Of a stretch of 64,000 nucleotides of DNA, positions 50,571-64,000 are shown in pieces. The notes beneath the pieces were generated by a model, which was not told the origin of the DNA, searched no databases, and saw nothing but the letters and a program-made list of their open reading frames with translations. Location: the NCBI RefSeq assembly GCF_006345805.1, contig NC_043018.1:10664001-10728000 (forward strand), read 5' to 3'. Each line of letters opens with the position of its first letter. Positions within the stretch are counted from its first letter, which is position 1. The stretch comes from Octopus sinensis. Lineage: Eukaryota. Both the position numbers and the translations under genes were made by a program.

Positions 50571-52437
50571 CTAAAAAAAGAAAAAAAATTAAACATTAAC
50601 AGAAATTTAGAAAAAAAATTTTATTTGTGTTTGCAAGACATGGAAATTAAGAACAAAACCTAAAATATTTGCAAGTCAAAAGGCTAATACAGAAATATAT
50701 TTCTTTACTACCCACAAGGGGCTAAACACAGGGGGGGACGAACAAGGACAGACAAACGGATTAAGTCGATTACATAGACCCCAGTGCGTAACTGGTACTT
50801 AATTTATCGACCCCGAAAGGATGAAAGGCAAAGTCAACCTCGGCGGAATTTGAACCCAGAACGTAACGGCAGACGAAATACGGCTAAGCATTTCACCCGG
50901 AGTGCTAACGTTTCTGCCAGTTCGCCGCTAATACAGAAATAGTTCCATTAGTCTTACAGAACAGCTGTAACCAATTTGATAGTAACCTGTCAGAGACTGC
51001 CTTGGGTTCTAGGAGACAAACTTGTTTTTCGAGAGATCTAAAATCTTTTCATCAAAATTCTAAACACCAGCTTTAATCAAGGTAAAGTTACTTCAAAAAA
51101 TTCTTCTTAAAAATTAAATGAAACAAAATCAGTGTATTTCAACAGAAATCGTTATCAATGTCCATTTCCCATTCTAGCAGGTGTTGCACAGTTTGTGCTG
51201 GAGTTGGTAAAACTGGGTGCCACACTAATCTCCTTTGTTCTGGTAAGGTTTCCGTGGCTGGATGACTTTTCTAATGCCAACCACAGCAGAGTGAACCAAG
51301 TGCCTTTTATGTGGCACCAGGACATGGTAGCAAAAAGATTTAAGTGATCAAAATTAAAAACAGCAGCAAGTTTATTTCACTAAATTCTTCACAATTTTCA
51401 AATTATTTAAAACAATTACAGAATATATTTCAATACGAAATTGTCATTTTCCCTGCTAAAAATGGCTGTCTGGGGCAAAACAGCGAATTGCATTCATGTG
51501 AAGCTCCAACTTTAGAATTCATGAGTTTCGGGGTGCATCAAGTTAGCTCACCTCTATTCCCAGGTCGTCCTTGGCCTCAGGGAAGTAGTATCCATCAAGG
51601 ACTCCACCCTCCATTGAGTCAGACAGAAGACGGTCCAGTACTAATACATATATAATGCAGAAAGACCATTATCTGCCAGACATTCAGATTCTTGTCAAAT
51701 GTATTGCTTATTTATTCACATTGTTTTGAATTAATCAGGCATTATTTTGCAATTTTAAGATTTCAATGATGCACCTGAATATTTTGTGAAAGACGGAGGA
51801 GCAGTGTGAGGTCAGGTTTGACCAGCTTGGACACAAGACATGTAGAATACCTGGGCCTGACATGGCTAGTTTGAATGCTAAAGGGTTAAAATGTGGGGAC
51901 CACATTTGTATATCAGAAGAGGCAGCTAAATGGTTTCATCAAAAGGGCACATGGCAATAAAATATCTCAAGGACTGCCCACCTCCATGAGCTCCATTAGT
52001 TTTGATCAGTTAATTATAGTGGAATATAACCAATTAACAATGGGATAGATCATCGTTTAGCATCTGCTTTCCATGCTAGCATGGGTTGGACAGTTCAACT
52101 GGGGTCTGGGAAGCCAGAAGGCTGCACCAGGCCCAGTCTGATCTGGCAATGTTTCTACGGCTGGATGCCCTTCCTAACGCCAACCACTCTGAGTGTAGTG
52201 GGTGCTTTTTATGTGCCACCGACACAGGTGCCAGATGAGGTTGGCAAACGGTCACGATCGGATGGTGCTTTGTAGAGCTAGATCTCTCTAAAAACTAGAA
52301 TAGTCACACCTGAGACTTGTTTAGTCTGGATCTGATCAATGAAGGCCAATCTAAGACTATAGAAACCTACTGAGATAGTGGTACTTTGTTGGAAGGACAT
52401 TACGGTACTTGCTTACTAGAATACAGAAGTAATCATG

Positions 52438-52480
<43 letters not shown>

Positions 52481-53162
52481 AAAGAGAGCAATGCACCTTG
52501 TTTATGACAGTGTAGAATGGACTTATAAACATACAGCAGTACCAAAAGAAAAGCAGTATGGCTTGCTGAGGTACATTGTGGTACCTATTTTACAAAGGAT
52601 ATGCTGACAGCATGGATAGCATAACTTGTTTAAGAACTTATTCTACAGGATACGGTGGAACTATGGAGAACAGCATACCTTGCCTAAGGTACATTGATTG
52701 CTGTACCTACTTACTACAATAATACAGTACCATAAAGAGAGTAACACACCAACAATATAAATGGAAGAGAGTCCAGTTCCTTATTCTACAACATATTTCT
52801 GCAGAATGGTGTCTTCACGTTTTGATTAGTTCTGTCAAGGTATTGTGTCAAAGATAAACAGATGTATCCTGTCCAGGTACAATGTGGAGCAGCATTCACT
52901 CTGGACAGACAGAAGTCCTTTATGGCTTCTAAAATGGCATACTCTTTTTACTCTTTTACTTGTTTCAGTCATTTGACTGTGGCCATGCTGGAGCACCGCC
53001 TTTAGTCGAGCAAATCGACCCCAGGACTTATTCTTTGTAAGCCTAGTACTTATTCTATCAGACTCTTTTGCCAAACTGCTAAGTTACAGGGATGTAAACA
53101 CACCAGCATCGGTTGTCAAGCGATGTTGGGGGACAAACACAGACACAAGAATATACACACAC

Positions 53163-53197
<35 letters not shown>

Positions 53198-54586
53198 CAC
53201 GACAGGCCTGGTGGAATATGGAAAAATGGACGTTGAAAAATGCTTTTGAAGTTTATGAAAATACACACTGTGCCTCCACACAGTTGATAGAATCCTGGGA
53301 TTCACACCAACAGACCCGACACGATTCCACCCAACCTTCCTTAACCACAAGACAAAAACAGACGATTCCTGTCACCAACTCCCACCAGTTTCTAAGTTAA
53401 TATTTCTCAATAACATTAAGGGTATACATGTTTCAGGAATACTCAGCCACTTGTTAAAACAGTAGGAGTAAAGTAAATCAGTTAATCAAACAACTGAATA
53501 CTCATTATCAAACAAAGAACCATCTTTATATATATATAAATATATATACATATACATACGTGTATGTATATATATTCTTGTGCCTGGGAGGGTAAGTTTC
53601 TAGGTGCAATCTCATGGTCATTCATGACCAAAGGGGTCCTCAGCAGCATCTGTGTGTGTGTGTGGTGTGTGTGTGTGTGTATACACATACATATACATAC
53701 GCACACACATACTTACATATACACATACATGTATATATAATACACACTTTGTATGCATGTCATTAGGCCAAAGCTATACTGAGGCACCACCTTTAGTCAA
53801 ACAATTGGTTCCCAGTACCCTTTTTTAAAAATTTTTAAACCTAGTAATCAGTCTATCAGTCTCTTTTGTCAAACTGCTAAGTTATGAGGAGTTTCTTTCA
53901 GTTTCCGTCGACCAAATCCACTCAAGGATTTGATTGGCCCAAAGCTATAGTTAAAGAAGCTTGACCAAGGTGCCATGCAGTGGGACTGAACCCAGAATCT
54001 TGAAGTTGGGAAGCAAGCGCTTTACCACAAAGCCATGCTGTCCATATTCCCTGATGCCATGGGCTGGACAGTTTGACAGGACCTAACAGACAAGGAGTGC
54101 GCAAAGTTCCAATGTCCATTTTGACAATCTTTTATGGCCGGAAATGCCCTTTACAGAATGCACAAGACCCCTTGATTGAGGTTGGGGTAGCATACTAAAA
54201 GGCTACAAAAACTACAAAGTTGCATGGAACTGAATCAAACTTAATATTCCTTGCCACATTTGAAACTGCTAATAGACATTACTTATTATCTATTCGATCA
54301 AAGAATTATATAATACAAACCTATCTCAATCTCATCCTTCCCTCATTTTTGAAATCTGGAATATTCTAATAGCTTCAACTGGAGATATTTCCTGATTTCT
54401 ACATCTCTCAGACTCCTCCCTCTCTGATGATGGAATACTCGGCCTATAGAATCCTTACTCCATATCATGATCCAAATGACTGCCTATTCTAGAAACAGCC
54501 TTTAACAGACTATTTATATTCTCTATCCAGATTAAATGTCTTTTTCAAGTGACGCCAAACGTTTTCCTTTTCCATTTTTACTTTAA

Positions 54587-54809
54587 CCCTTTCGATACCA
54601 ACTTGGCTGAAACTGCCTCAGGTTCTGTAGTACGAATATGTTGTTTTTATAAGTTTTGAATAAAATTCTTCCACTAAACCCTTAGTCACAATTTATGTTC
54701 CTAACATTAGCTTAATAATAACTAAGTCATTTTACTAAATTCTTAGTTATATTTAAAATTAATTGAAAGAAACACAGAGCATCTCAAAATAAATATGGTA
54801 ATAAAAGGG
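54587..54809. mobile_element. piggyBac-type MITE
   Basis: TTAA|CCCTTT...AAAGGG|TTAA; followed by a short tandem duplication of the right junction. Confidence 0.75.
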
Positions 54810-55228
54810 TTAATCTATATCTACCTCTAATAAAAGGGTTAATCTATATCTACCCGTTCAAGGAGAAACTACTTCTAGCTGCATATTTTTCAGTTAGAAT
54901 TCAAGCTGAAGTTTTAGCAGTAAACCACTCATAGTACAGACCTGCTACTTTACATCAGCTGACAATATATATATATGTTGTGTGTATGTATACACACATT
55001 ATAGCATCAGGCAGACTGAAGCCTTGTGAGTGAATTTGGAGGACAGATTTTGATCAAATATATATATATAGAAGTGCAATGTGTGTGGATACTAGGGCTT
55101 CGCAACAAAGAGTGAGATAAGCTAATTTCATGTTATTGGTTATTGTAATATAGTAATAATATAGACATCATCCTATTTAACCAATGTTATAAAAAAAATA
55201 ACAACCATTGGGGATATATATATATAGA

Positions 55229-55600
55229 CGTAGGAGTGGCTGTGTGGTAAGTAGCTTGTTTACCAACCACATGGTTCCGGGTTCAGTCCCACTGCATGGT
55301 ACCTTGGGCAAGTGTATTCTACTATAGCCTCGGGCTGACCAAAGCCTTGTGAGTGGATTTGGTAGACGGAAACTGAAAGAAGCCTGTCGTATATATGTAT
55401 GAGTGCGTGTTTGTCCCCCCAACATCGCTTGACAATTGATGCTGGTGTGTTTACGTCCCCGTAACTCAGCGGTTCGGCAAAGGAGACTGATAGACTAAGT
55501 TCTAGGCTTCCAAAGAATAAGTCCTGGGGTCGATTTGCTCGACTAAAGGCGGTGCTCCAGCATGGCCACAGTCAAATGACTGAAAAGAGTAAAAAGAGTA
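55229..55600 (+). mobile_element. SINE family A, full length
   Basis: Head, core and tail present. Further copies at ~8870-9065(-), 33665-33900(+), 44604-44822(+), 45060-45190(-), 52945-53200(-), 53750-54040(-), 60893-61130(-) and 62982-63125(+). Confidence 0.9.
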
Positions 55601-55619
55601 TATATACCACATGAACTCA

Positions 55620-55879
55620 TCAACATCATTGTTTAACGTCCGTTTTCTAGGCTGGCATGAGTTAGACAGTTTGACTGAGGACTGGAAAGCCAGCAGCTGC
55701 ACCAGGCTCCAGTCTGACCTGGCAGAGTTTCTACAGTTGGATGCCCTTCCTAATGCCAACCACTCTGAGAGTGTAGTGGGTGCTTTTATGTGCCACCGAC
55801 ACAGGAGCCAGTCAGGGGGCACTGGTATCGGCCACGTTTGGATGGTTCTTTTTACAATGAAATAAATGAGAAAGATATG

Positions 55880-55917
<38 letters not shown>

Positions 55918-56480
55918 TTGCAGGGTCTCCTTAAAACATAACTTAATTTAAGGGTTACGCAAGTGTAAAAAGCTTGAGAAAGACTGGTGCATACACTGAA
56001 GTGGTTGATATTTTAGGAAAGGCATCCAACTGTGACAAACCAGGCTGAAGTTGACAGGAGTTTGGTGCAGTCTTCGGGGCTTGTTAGTTCCTGTCAAACC
56101 GTCCAACCCATACCAGCATGGAAAATGATGCTAAATAATGATGGGGATACATGTCTCTCTGTCTTCACATCATTGTAAAATGTCATTCATTCATTCATTC
56201 CAAATAATCTGCAAAAGCATAACTGACCACGAGACATCACATCATCATCATTTAGCGTCCGCTTTCCATGCTAGTATGGGTTGGACAGTTTGACAAGCCA
56301 GGAGGCTGCACCAGGCCCAGTCTGATCTGGCAACGTTTCTACGGCTGGATGCCCTTCCTAACGCCAACCACTCCGTGAGCGTAGTGGGTGCTTTTTACGT
56401 GCCAGACGGGGCTGGCAACGGCCACAGTCAGATGGTGCTTTTTATGTGCCACCGGCATGGGGGCCAGGCGAGGCTGGCAA
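55620..56480 (-). mobile_element. Two copies (55620-55850, 56245-56480) of an RTE-tail non-autonomous retroelement; others at ~52050-52270 and ~51240-51320
   Basis: Minus-strand ggttggcgttaggaagggcatccag...catggaaagcggacg(tt)aaa(tgatga)n tail, characteristic of RTE-group 3' ends (inference). Confidence 0.7.
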
Positions 56481-56563
56481 AAGGTTGTCCATGCTGGAGA
56501 CTACATACATACGCGCCCCCAACCAAGACTTGTATTCCAAGGCTAACAAGCGGCGGAACTTAC

Positions 56564-56653
56564 CAGTATGTGTTCTGTAATGTCGTGTTAGTTCGTCTGA
56601 TCGTGAGAAACTCTTTGGGCAATCTTTCCATTTACACACGTACGGACGCTCAC
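56564..56653 (-). CDS. KLF9/13: KLF/Sp-family transcription factor, 90-bp internal exon (zinc finger 2)
   Basis: ttttccag|GT GAG CGT CCG...CAT ACT G|gtaagt encodes (G)ERPYVCKWKDCPKSFSRSDELTRHYRTHT(G) and splices in phase to the 50570 exon. SRSDELTRHYRTH matches KLF9-type finger 2, whereas Sp proteins have ELQRH. Family assignment is strong; the subgroup is less certain. Confidence 0.93.
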
Positions 56654-57009
56654 CTGGAAAAGAAGAGAAACAAAACATTAAATGGTGAAACTTTCCAGAG
56701 TCCCAGGAGGAAGAAAACGTGAGTGTGGGATGGACCAGAGATGGAAAGACAGATGACAGTCTGTGTACGGTTTGGGCAAAATTCAAGTTTCATCGAAAGA
56801 CAATTTTTCAGATGGATCAGAAAGGAAACTGGCTAAGGTTCTGAGATAATTCTAGCTCGGCTATGAAAGCTGTTGCCATGTAAATGACGACGGTGGTGGC
56901 AACTTTCAAATCGGTAATGGTGAACAGTAGCTGTTGGCAGCAGTGATAGTAGTAGTAGTTAGTATTAGTAGTATTGGTAGTAGTAGTATTGGTAGTGGTG
57001 GTAGTAATG

Positions 57010-57042
<33 letters not shown>

Positions 57043-57379
57043 AGTAAAGGTAGGGTTTGTGTGTAGAGCAGTAGATGGCAACAGCCGAGAAACGGTCGAT
57101 TAAGTGGGAAATAACTATTTCTGTCATTCATATAATGGCTGTAGCAGGCGGGGAGGGAGGGAGAGAGAGAGAGAGAGAGAGAAAGAGACAGACAGAGAGA
57201 GGGATAAAAGAAAAGTGAAATCTGGTGGTGACTGTCCAAAAACAGGAAAAACTGAAGAAAAAAATAAAGAAAAAAACGGAATTATCTCCCCTGGCACACG
57301 TGTGAAGTTTTACAGACATTTACAGACACAGTTGCATAAAATCAACTCGTTAGATTTACAAATTAATACACAATCACCT

Positions 57380-57900
57380 ACCAGCCACATATAGAGAACT
57401 ACTACACGCATACACCAGCTATATACGCATGCATAAGTTACATACAGAACTGCACACACAGTTACATAGAGGGAACCTCACAGACACACACACACACACA
57501 CACAAAGTTGTAGGCCTACAGTTAGACAAGCACCACACACCAGTTAAATCTAGGCTATGAACCACACGCAGTCTGTTGCATCTAAGAAACTCTACACACA
57601 CAAAGTTACATAAAGGAAAATACCATCATCCCAGTTATACAGTTAAAAGATACTACACACACACATTATAAATCAGATATAGATATGTATGTATATACAC
57701 ACACACACACCAACTATCTATACAACCTAACGCATTCTATAGTTAGTTGCATATAGGGAACTACACACAAATTACCCAAGTGTTGCTATATTAAGGGACA
57801 ACACCCTGCCACCAGTTCTACGCGTAGTTAGAAGGGTATTACACATACACCAGTTAGAGTTGCATATAAGCACCTAAGCACACCACAGGTATTGTTACAA
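57380..57900. repeat. Degenerate tandem repeat (cacac(ac)cagtta...ggaact units) in KLF intron
   Basis: Recurrent cagtta and actacacac motifs at ~30-40-bp spacing. Confidence 0.55.
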
Positions 57901-60306
57901 GATAAATATTTGATATTAAGTGCGAGGGGGGGTGCGTGCCACAAGCAACGAAATAGCTGCTATGTGGTTACTCGACCTGCTGGAAAATGTATTGCTTACT
58001 TATCGTACGAAAAAGAAAAAAAAAAAACATTCACACGACCGGAATACCTTTGTTGATTGACATAGGTGTACTGGATGAAGGCCTTACCTGCGTTTAAACA
58101 TGTAAATGATGTTTAATTGATCAGCCTACTCCAGCACTCCTTATCATCCAACATGTTTTATAGGCTCTTATTTCAGGGGTCTATTTTTACACCAGTTTCA
58201 TCGAGGAGGAGAATATTATATTTTTATATAACGAGTCTTGAGTCATTCTACCACCTGGGTGAGTGAAGATATCAACCTGCTTGTTGTGGTACCTGGAAGA
58301 AATTTTCCAAGAAATACCAGACAAACCTCCGACACACGGATACGTCTCGGCAAACAGCAACTCTATATTCGGGTGGGCCATAATAATGTTTAATACGTCT
58401 AAAGACTACTCAATATGGTGATGTTAACTTAGATGTGGCCCGGGCCAAAATAAAAGGAGCCAACGGCATTGGCTTCTGTTTCTTCCGATACATGACGGGT
58501 GGCTACTAACTGCTGGAAATAAATATTCAAAACTGATTACCTTCGTTGTCGCAATCATACAGTCTGAAGTAATCCCTAATTTGCAGGACCACGCTACCAC
58601 CTTATAGCAGTCTAACTATGCCCCCTGTGATGGCAACCACCTATAGCCTTCCTATCATACAGTCTAGCCGTTGTTCCTAGTGTGCAGGGTTAACCTTGCC
58701 ACCTTGTAGCTTTCTCATACCGTCTATGACAGTAATTAGCTTTCAATTTGACGTTTTTGTTTACCTTAGATTGCTGAACACAAAAGTTTTCAACACTCGC
58801 GATAGTGGGCTGGTGCGAGTGTGCATGTACTTTTGGCTTTATCAACAAGTACACCATTTAGAGGTACAATGCAAAGGTCACCGTTTCTACTACTCGGTAC
58901 TTTCGTTATTAACGTAAACTATTTGCGCGCGTACAGTGTGAGTAACAAAGGCAAAACCTTTTCCCTTGAGGAATCTCGCAAATATGTCATCTGGTGTGTG
59001 TGTGTGTGCAATTGATGACTGGACGTAGGCTTTGATATGCTGGCTACGGGGAATACCTATTTCTTTACTACCCGCAAGGGGACAAACGGATTAAGTCAAT
59101 TAGGTCGACCCCAGTGTGTAACTGGTACTTATTTAATCGACCCCGAAAGGATGAAAGGCAAAGTCGAACTCGGCGGAATTTGAACTCGGGACGTAACGGC
59201 AGACGAAATACCGCTAAGCATTTCGCCCGGCGCTGCCTTGCTAAGGGGGATACGAATCTGCAAAAAAAATTGGCAAAAATCGACATTTCTAAATTGCTAC
59301 CACCCCTACCCCCACTTCCTTCATTTTTAACTTTTTTCACAATTTTTTTATTTTCAAAATATGCGGAAAAATACGGACATTATGATTCTGAAAAAAAAAT
59401 TCCAAAACTCATCTTAAATTCTTTTAAAGAATTTTTCCCCCACTAAATATGCGGAAAAATACGGACATCAGGATTCGGACAAAAAATTCAAAACATCTCT
59501 GTACTTACGGTTAGGGTTTTAGGTTTAGGGGAAAAAAAAAGTCAAAATTGAAGTTGGGGAGGGGGGGGGGTCACAATGCCGATTTTTGGCAAAAAAAAAA
59601 TTAAATTTTGTTTTCATTATTTCGGGATTATCAGTCATCGAGATTCTTGTTTTAGGGAGTTCCAAGTTTCGGATTAGTTACCGGACTCAGGGGAAAGGGG
59701 GGGGGCTAATGAAGTTTCGCACCTCCTTGAAAAACGCGATTAAGTAGTAACTGTTCTTAATTAGTACCTTTTACTTGTGTAATATTTTTTTTGCATATTC
59801 GTAATGTCCCCACATCATAAACGGAGAAATCCGAAAAAACTTTTTCGAAAAAAATGCATTTTTCAAGGAGAGGTGCGAAACTGCATTAGCCCCGGGAAAG
59901 GATTGTGTTTCTAGTTTTTTTTTGTTTTTTGTTTTTTTTTTATAAAAAAAAAAAGCATTCCTGTAATTCAAACAATAATAAAAAAAAAGCACTATTTAAA
60001 TACAGGGGTCCCGATGCATCTACTTAACCATGTTTTTACAATGCACACACGTTAGGGTTTAGAGTTATGCAGATGAGTCGGGACCTCTGTATTTAAGTAG
60101 TACCGTTAAGGGACCACTGTATTTTAGTACCAAAAAAATTCCAATCCCACCCCAACATGTTGCCCTGCCGCTTCCCTTCATACTTTCATAACCCTTCTTT
60201 TCGCATGACGGTAATAGGGGTAACAAACCTCAAACCCCCAAAATATCCTCTTTGTTATTGAAGTTGTTCGTAAATTCAAAAACTTATTCAAATAAGTGGC
60301 TTATTC

Positions 60307-60700
60307 AAGGAGTGGCTGTGTGGTAAGTAGCTTGCTTACCAACCACATGGTTCCAGATTCAGTCCCACTGCGTGGCATCTTGGGCAAGTGTCTTCTACTA
60401 TAGCCCTGGGCCGACCAATGCCTTGTGAGTGGATTTGGTAGGCGGAAACTGAAAGAAGCCTGTCGTATATATGTATATATATATATATGTGTGTGTGTAT
60501 TTGTGTATGTGTGTATGTCCCCCTAGCATTGCTTGACAACCGATGCTTGTGTGTTTACGTCCCCGTCACTTAGCTGTTCGGCAAAAGAGACCGATAGAAT
60601 AAGTACTGGGCTTACAAAGAATAAGTCTTGGGGTTGATTTGTTCGACTAAATGCGGTGCTCCAGCATGGCCACAGTCAAATAAAAGAATAAAAGAATAAA
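60307..60700 (+). mobile_element. SINE family A, full length
   Basis: ggagtggctgtgtggtaag head through ctccagcatggccacagtc tail. Confidence 0.9.
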
Positions 60701-63700
60701 TGTCGAGTTTAATTTTCAAGTGAGAGAATTCTCAGATGAAATAATATAAAACCGATTCTCTTCTTTGCTTCTTTACACATGAAAACTTATTTCACAGGTC
60801 CTCAACCTAATTTATTCTATTAAAATAAAATACTCTATTGAGGACACTTGGTTTACACACAAAAACACAAATCAAAAGAATATCATTTTGTTTCAGTCAT
60901 TAGACTGCGGCTATGCTGGGGCACCACCTTGAGGTACCTTAGCCGAAGGTACCTCAAGGTACCAACCCTAATATATATTTTTTTGTAAAGTCTGGTGATA
61001 ATTCTACCGAACTGCTATGTTACGGAATGTAAACACACCAATACCGGTTGTCCAGTGGTGGTGGGGAATAGACACATATACGCGTCTCATATAAGGTGGG
61101 CTTCTTTCAGTTTTCGCCTACCAAATCCACTCACGAATCCGGAACCATCTTTACTGGCTGGAACTGAAGTAAATTTTTTGAGAAACTTGTATGAGGGTTC
61201 CCGTCAGAAGCAAATTCTTCCTTTGCATCTCTGCTTCTACCACAGCCTCTGAACCACCAGGTAGGTCCTACCCACCACTGTCGTTTTATCCCTGATAGGT
61301 CTCGATCCCTGCTGGATCAGGAACAAAATGTTCCGTGATCTATCATAAAAAAAGAGGTCGTCACATTTGGAACGTCTTTCATATCTTCTCAGAGATGACT
61401 TGGCATTATTGTGGAAGCTCGTTTAGGGCGGACCGTTGTAAAAACTTAAGCAGTTGTCGGCGTTAACCCAATAATCTGTGTCACCTCGAATATTTAATGT
61501 CGAGATTAACTTCTTCATTCTCTAAGCACGGACGGAGCTTGCATATAAGGTAACCCGTAATGACAAACTATGGTCACTGCATGTCCTTCGTCCTTTGGGT
61601 GAGCCAAGACCTCACGGGCGGAGGTAAAGAATGCGTGCAACACCCGTTTTCGGTGTAACAAAACCCCGAACCTTAATCCTAACTCCAGGGTGTACGTATT
61701 CTTTACTTTCGCCGACCTCACTCACTTATCACCTGGGATTAAACAACGAGCCATTAAAGGCCACTCGAGGTGACACTTTTCAGTTAAAGCGGTCAACTAC
61801 TGAAAGTTTACCAGGGTCTGTCATTCACGAGGTTTGTTTGTTTTTTTAATCTGAGTTGTCTAAACCGTGGGGGAGAAGGAAGGTGTCCTCAGTTTTCTTA
61901 CGATGCTACACAGTAAGGGTGAAGAGAGAGCACGTGGACCCTTCGCTGAGGACCCTTGTTTTTACTGTTTCTGTTCCAGTCTTAACAATGCATTACACGA
62001 ACTAAATGTTGTTTTAGAACAGCGAAGTGGTGGTAATAGAGGTGGTTAGAGTACAAACTTATAGAAGGAAGTCCCGTCCTGTATAAGTGCTTTTACAGAG
62101 AAAATATGATGAGGGAGAGAGGACGAGAGAGTGACGAAAGAGAAAGGGAGCGGGAAAATAAAGTTTGAGAAAATAAATCAAAATTTGAAGAAGAGAGACA
62201 AATGAGGTTCGGAGAGAGTTTGAGAGAAAAGAATGAAAGTTTGAGAGAGAAAAAATGAGAGAAAGTTTGATTAAGACCGAATGTTTGAGAGAAAAAAGTA
62301 TGGTTTGAAAGGAGTTTGAGAGGGGAAAAAAAGGCCGACGGGGACAGAATTTTTCAGGAAGAGATAAAAAATGAGAAAGTTTGAGAGTGAAGTACTAACG
62401 AAAGAAGAGCGAAAGCAAGAGAGAATGGGGATAAATGGGGCGATGAAAGAGATAAAAGGTCCCAGGCCCAGATGAAACACTGTCTTTACGACATCGATTT
62501 ACGGTAAGCGACGTCACATGACTCATTTCTATAGCAACGGTATGTCGCGTAGTAACTGCATTATAAATGTTGCACGTAGATTAGGACAAGACGCGACTGC
62601 TGGGGGTAGACGACCTAACAACGGCATGCTGGAGGGGGGAGCAGCTACGCAGGAAGGAAAAAGAAATAGCAGCCAAGTCTAACCGCTACAAAAATAAAAT
62701 GTGAAGGACGGAGTTAGACCAGATTATATTACACAGGATGGAGTGGGGGCTGTCACGGCAGGAACCCGTTCCAAACAAAAATAAGGCTTCTCGGTGTAAT
62801 CTGGGGGGGGGGGCGATAGCCAAAACAGCAATTTAACAAACTTCAAAAATGAAAGTAGGCTTAGTTTACCCGAGTATTTAACTGGTACTGCATTGTTTTT
62901 TTTTGTCCCGGAGATGAAATACAAATAAAATGCTTCAAGACGCACACCATCCTTTATATATTACATGCGTGTATGTCACAGGTGTGGTGGTGTGGTTGAG
63001 AAGCTTGTCTCCCAGCCATGAGGTGTCTGGTTCAGTCCCACGGTGCGACATCTTGGGTGTCTTCTTTACCATAGAACCCACGCTGACAAAAAAAGCCTTG
63101 TGAGTGAATTGTGTGGATGACAAACGATGATGCATCCGTGTTATGTTCCATAATTTAAATCCAATGCAATAAAAGGTTACCAAACTGAAAATCCTGTCGG
63201 GCCTGGTCGCTGTTCAAATAACTGAATTCAATAAGAGAATGACTTCTTTTTTCTTTTAAACACAACTGACATTCGATAGCCGAGCACATGGCGACAGCAG
63301 CCTGCTGTAAACCACCACCAGTCCACCTGGTACACGTTTGCATAATGCCAGGGAGCTGATACGAGACAACTCCAGACAAAGCTAAAAACAACAGCCAAAT
63401 ATTACCCAAATCATTCTTCTTCAATGAAGGCATTGCTGGTGTAACTACCCCATGAGGAAGGAAAAGGCGAGGAACTAGGTGAAGTTCCCTTTTTATTTAT
63501 TTCTATATTCCTGCGTTTCACTCAAAAGGAATTACGATGAAGGAAAACCATTACATGTGAACAATTTGGGAGGGGGGGGGAGAAATGATGAATTAATATG
63601 AAAGGCATAACTACAGATTGATGCTCCATCTCTCCTGAGAAATGCATTTTTTTTATTTTGTGCCAACTTTACCGAGATACATCTACGATGGTGTAGACAA

Positions 63701-64000
63701 CAGCCATGCTGATAAAATTCAGAAAGCGAAAAAAAGAAATTAGGGCGGGATATTCGAGGATGTTTCAAACCCTAACATTACATAATGTACGCCTTCGAAA
63801 ATGTTATCTCTGCAAAATTTCATTTAGAAGTAATATAAAGAGATGAGGAAACAGGAAAACAGGAGGGAGAATAATGTTTGGAAATTCTTTCAAAGAAAAA
63901 CATTGTCATGAACATAATTTACTATAAATCTAAAAAACAAATAGATTTTAAGAAAAAGTTTTTCAGAAAATTACAAGATAAAATCGAGTGGGGCACTAAA

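Noticed and set aside
63155-63433. 92-aa minus-strand ORF as the missing KLF zinc-finger-1 exon
   Set aside because: No C2H2 or KLF motif in any frame. The finger-1 exon was not found in the window.

Overview
Eukaryotic genomic DNA that is AT-rich and dominated by microsatellites and transposons. The SINE families, (TA)n/(TATG)n density and short Penelope-like fragments point to a coleoid cephalopod, most likely Octopus; this is an inference and no database search was run. The only host gene I can identify confidently is a minus-strand Kruppel-like factor (KLF9/13-like). Its zinc-finger-2 exon is at 56564-56653 and its zinc-finger-3/stop exon is at 50404-50570. No zinc-finger-1 exon was found, so it probably lies beyond the right edge. 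The rest is mostly mobile DNA: several tRNA-SINE families; CR1, RTE and RLE-type LINE remnants; Tc1, mariner and Tigger pseudogenes; Helitron/Helentron, hAT, piggyBac and Merlin-like MITEs; and degenerate minisatellites. The most interesting structure is RNA-level and retroelement-level. (1) Seven type-I hammerhead-ribozyme motifs have a complete catalytic core, and three more are variant or degenerate. They come from several unrelated short Penelope-like families, and one family is fused behind a tRNA-like Pol III head. (2) A 1.7-kb element with a 19-bp TSD encodes only a zinc-knuckle ORF1, and its 3' tail matches that of a major SINE family. (3) A CR1 LINE tail matches the other major SINE family. 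Most ORF-track entries are microsatellite or antisense artefacts. Repeat boundaries are approximate unless a TSD or TIR is quoted.
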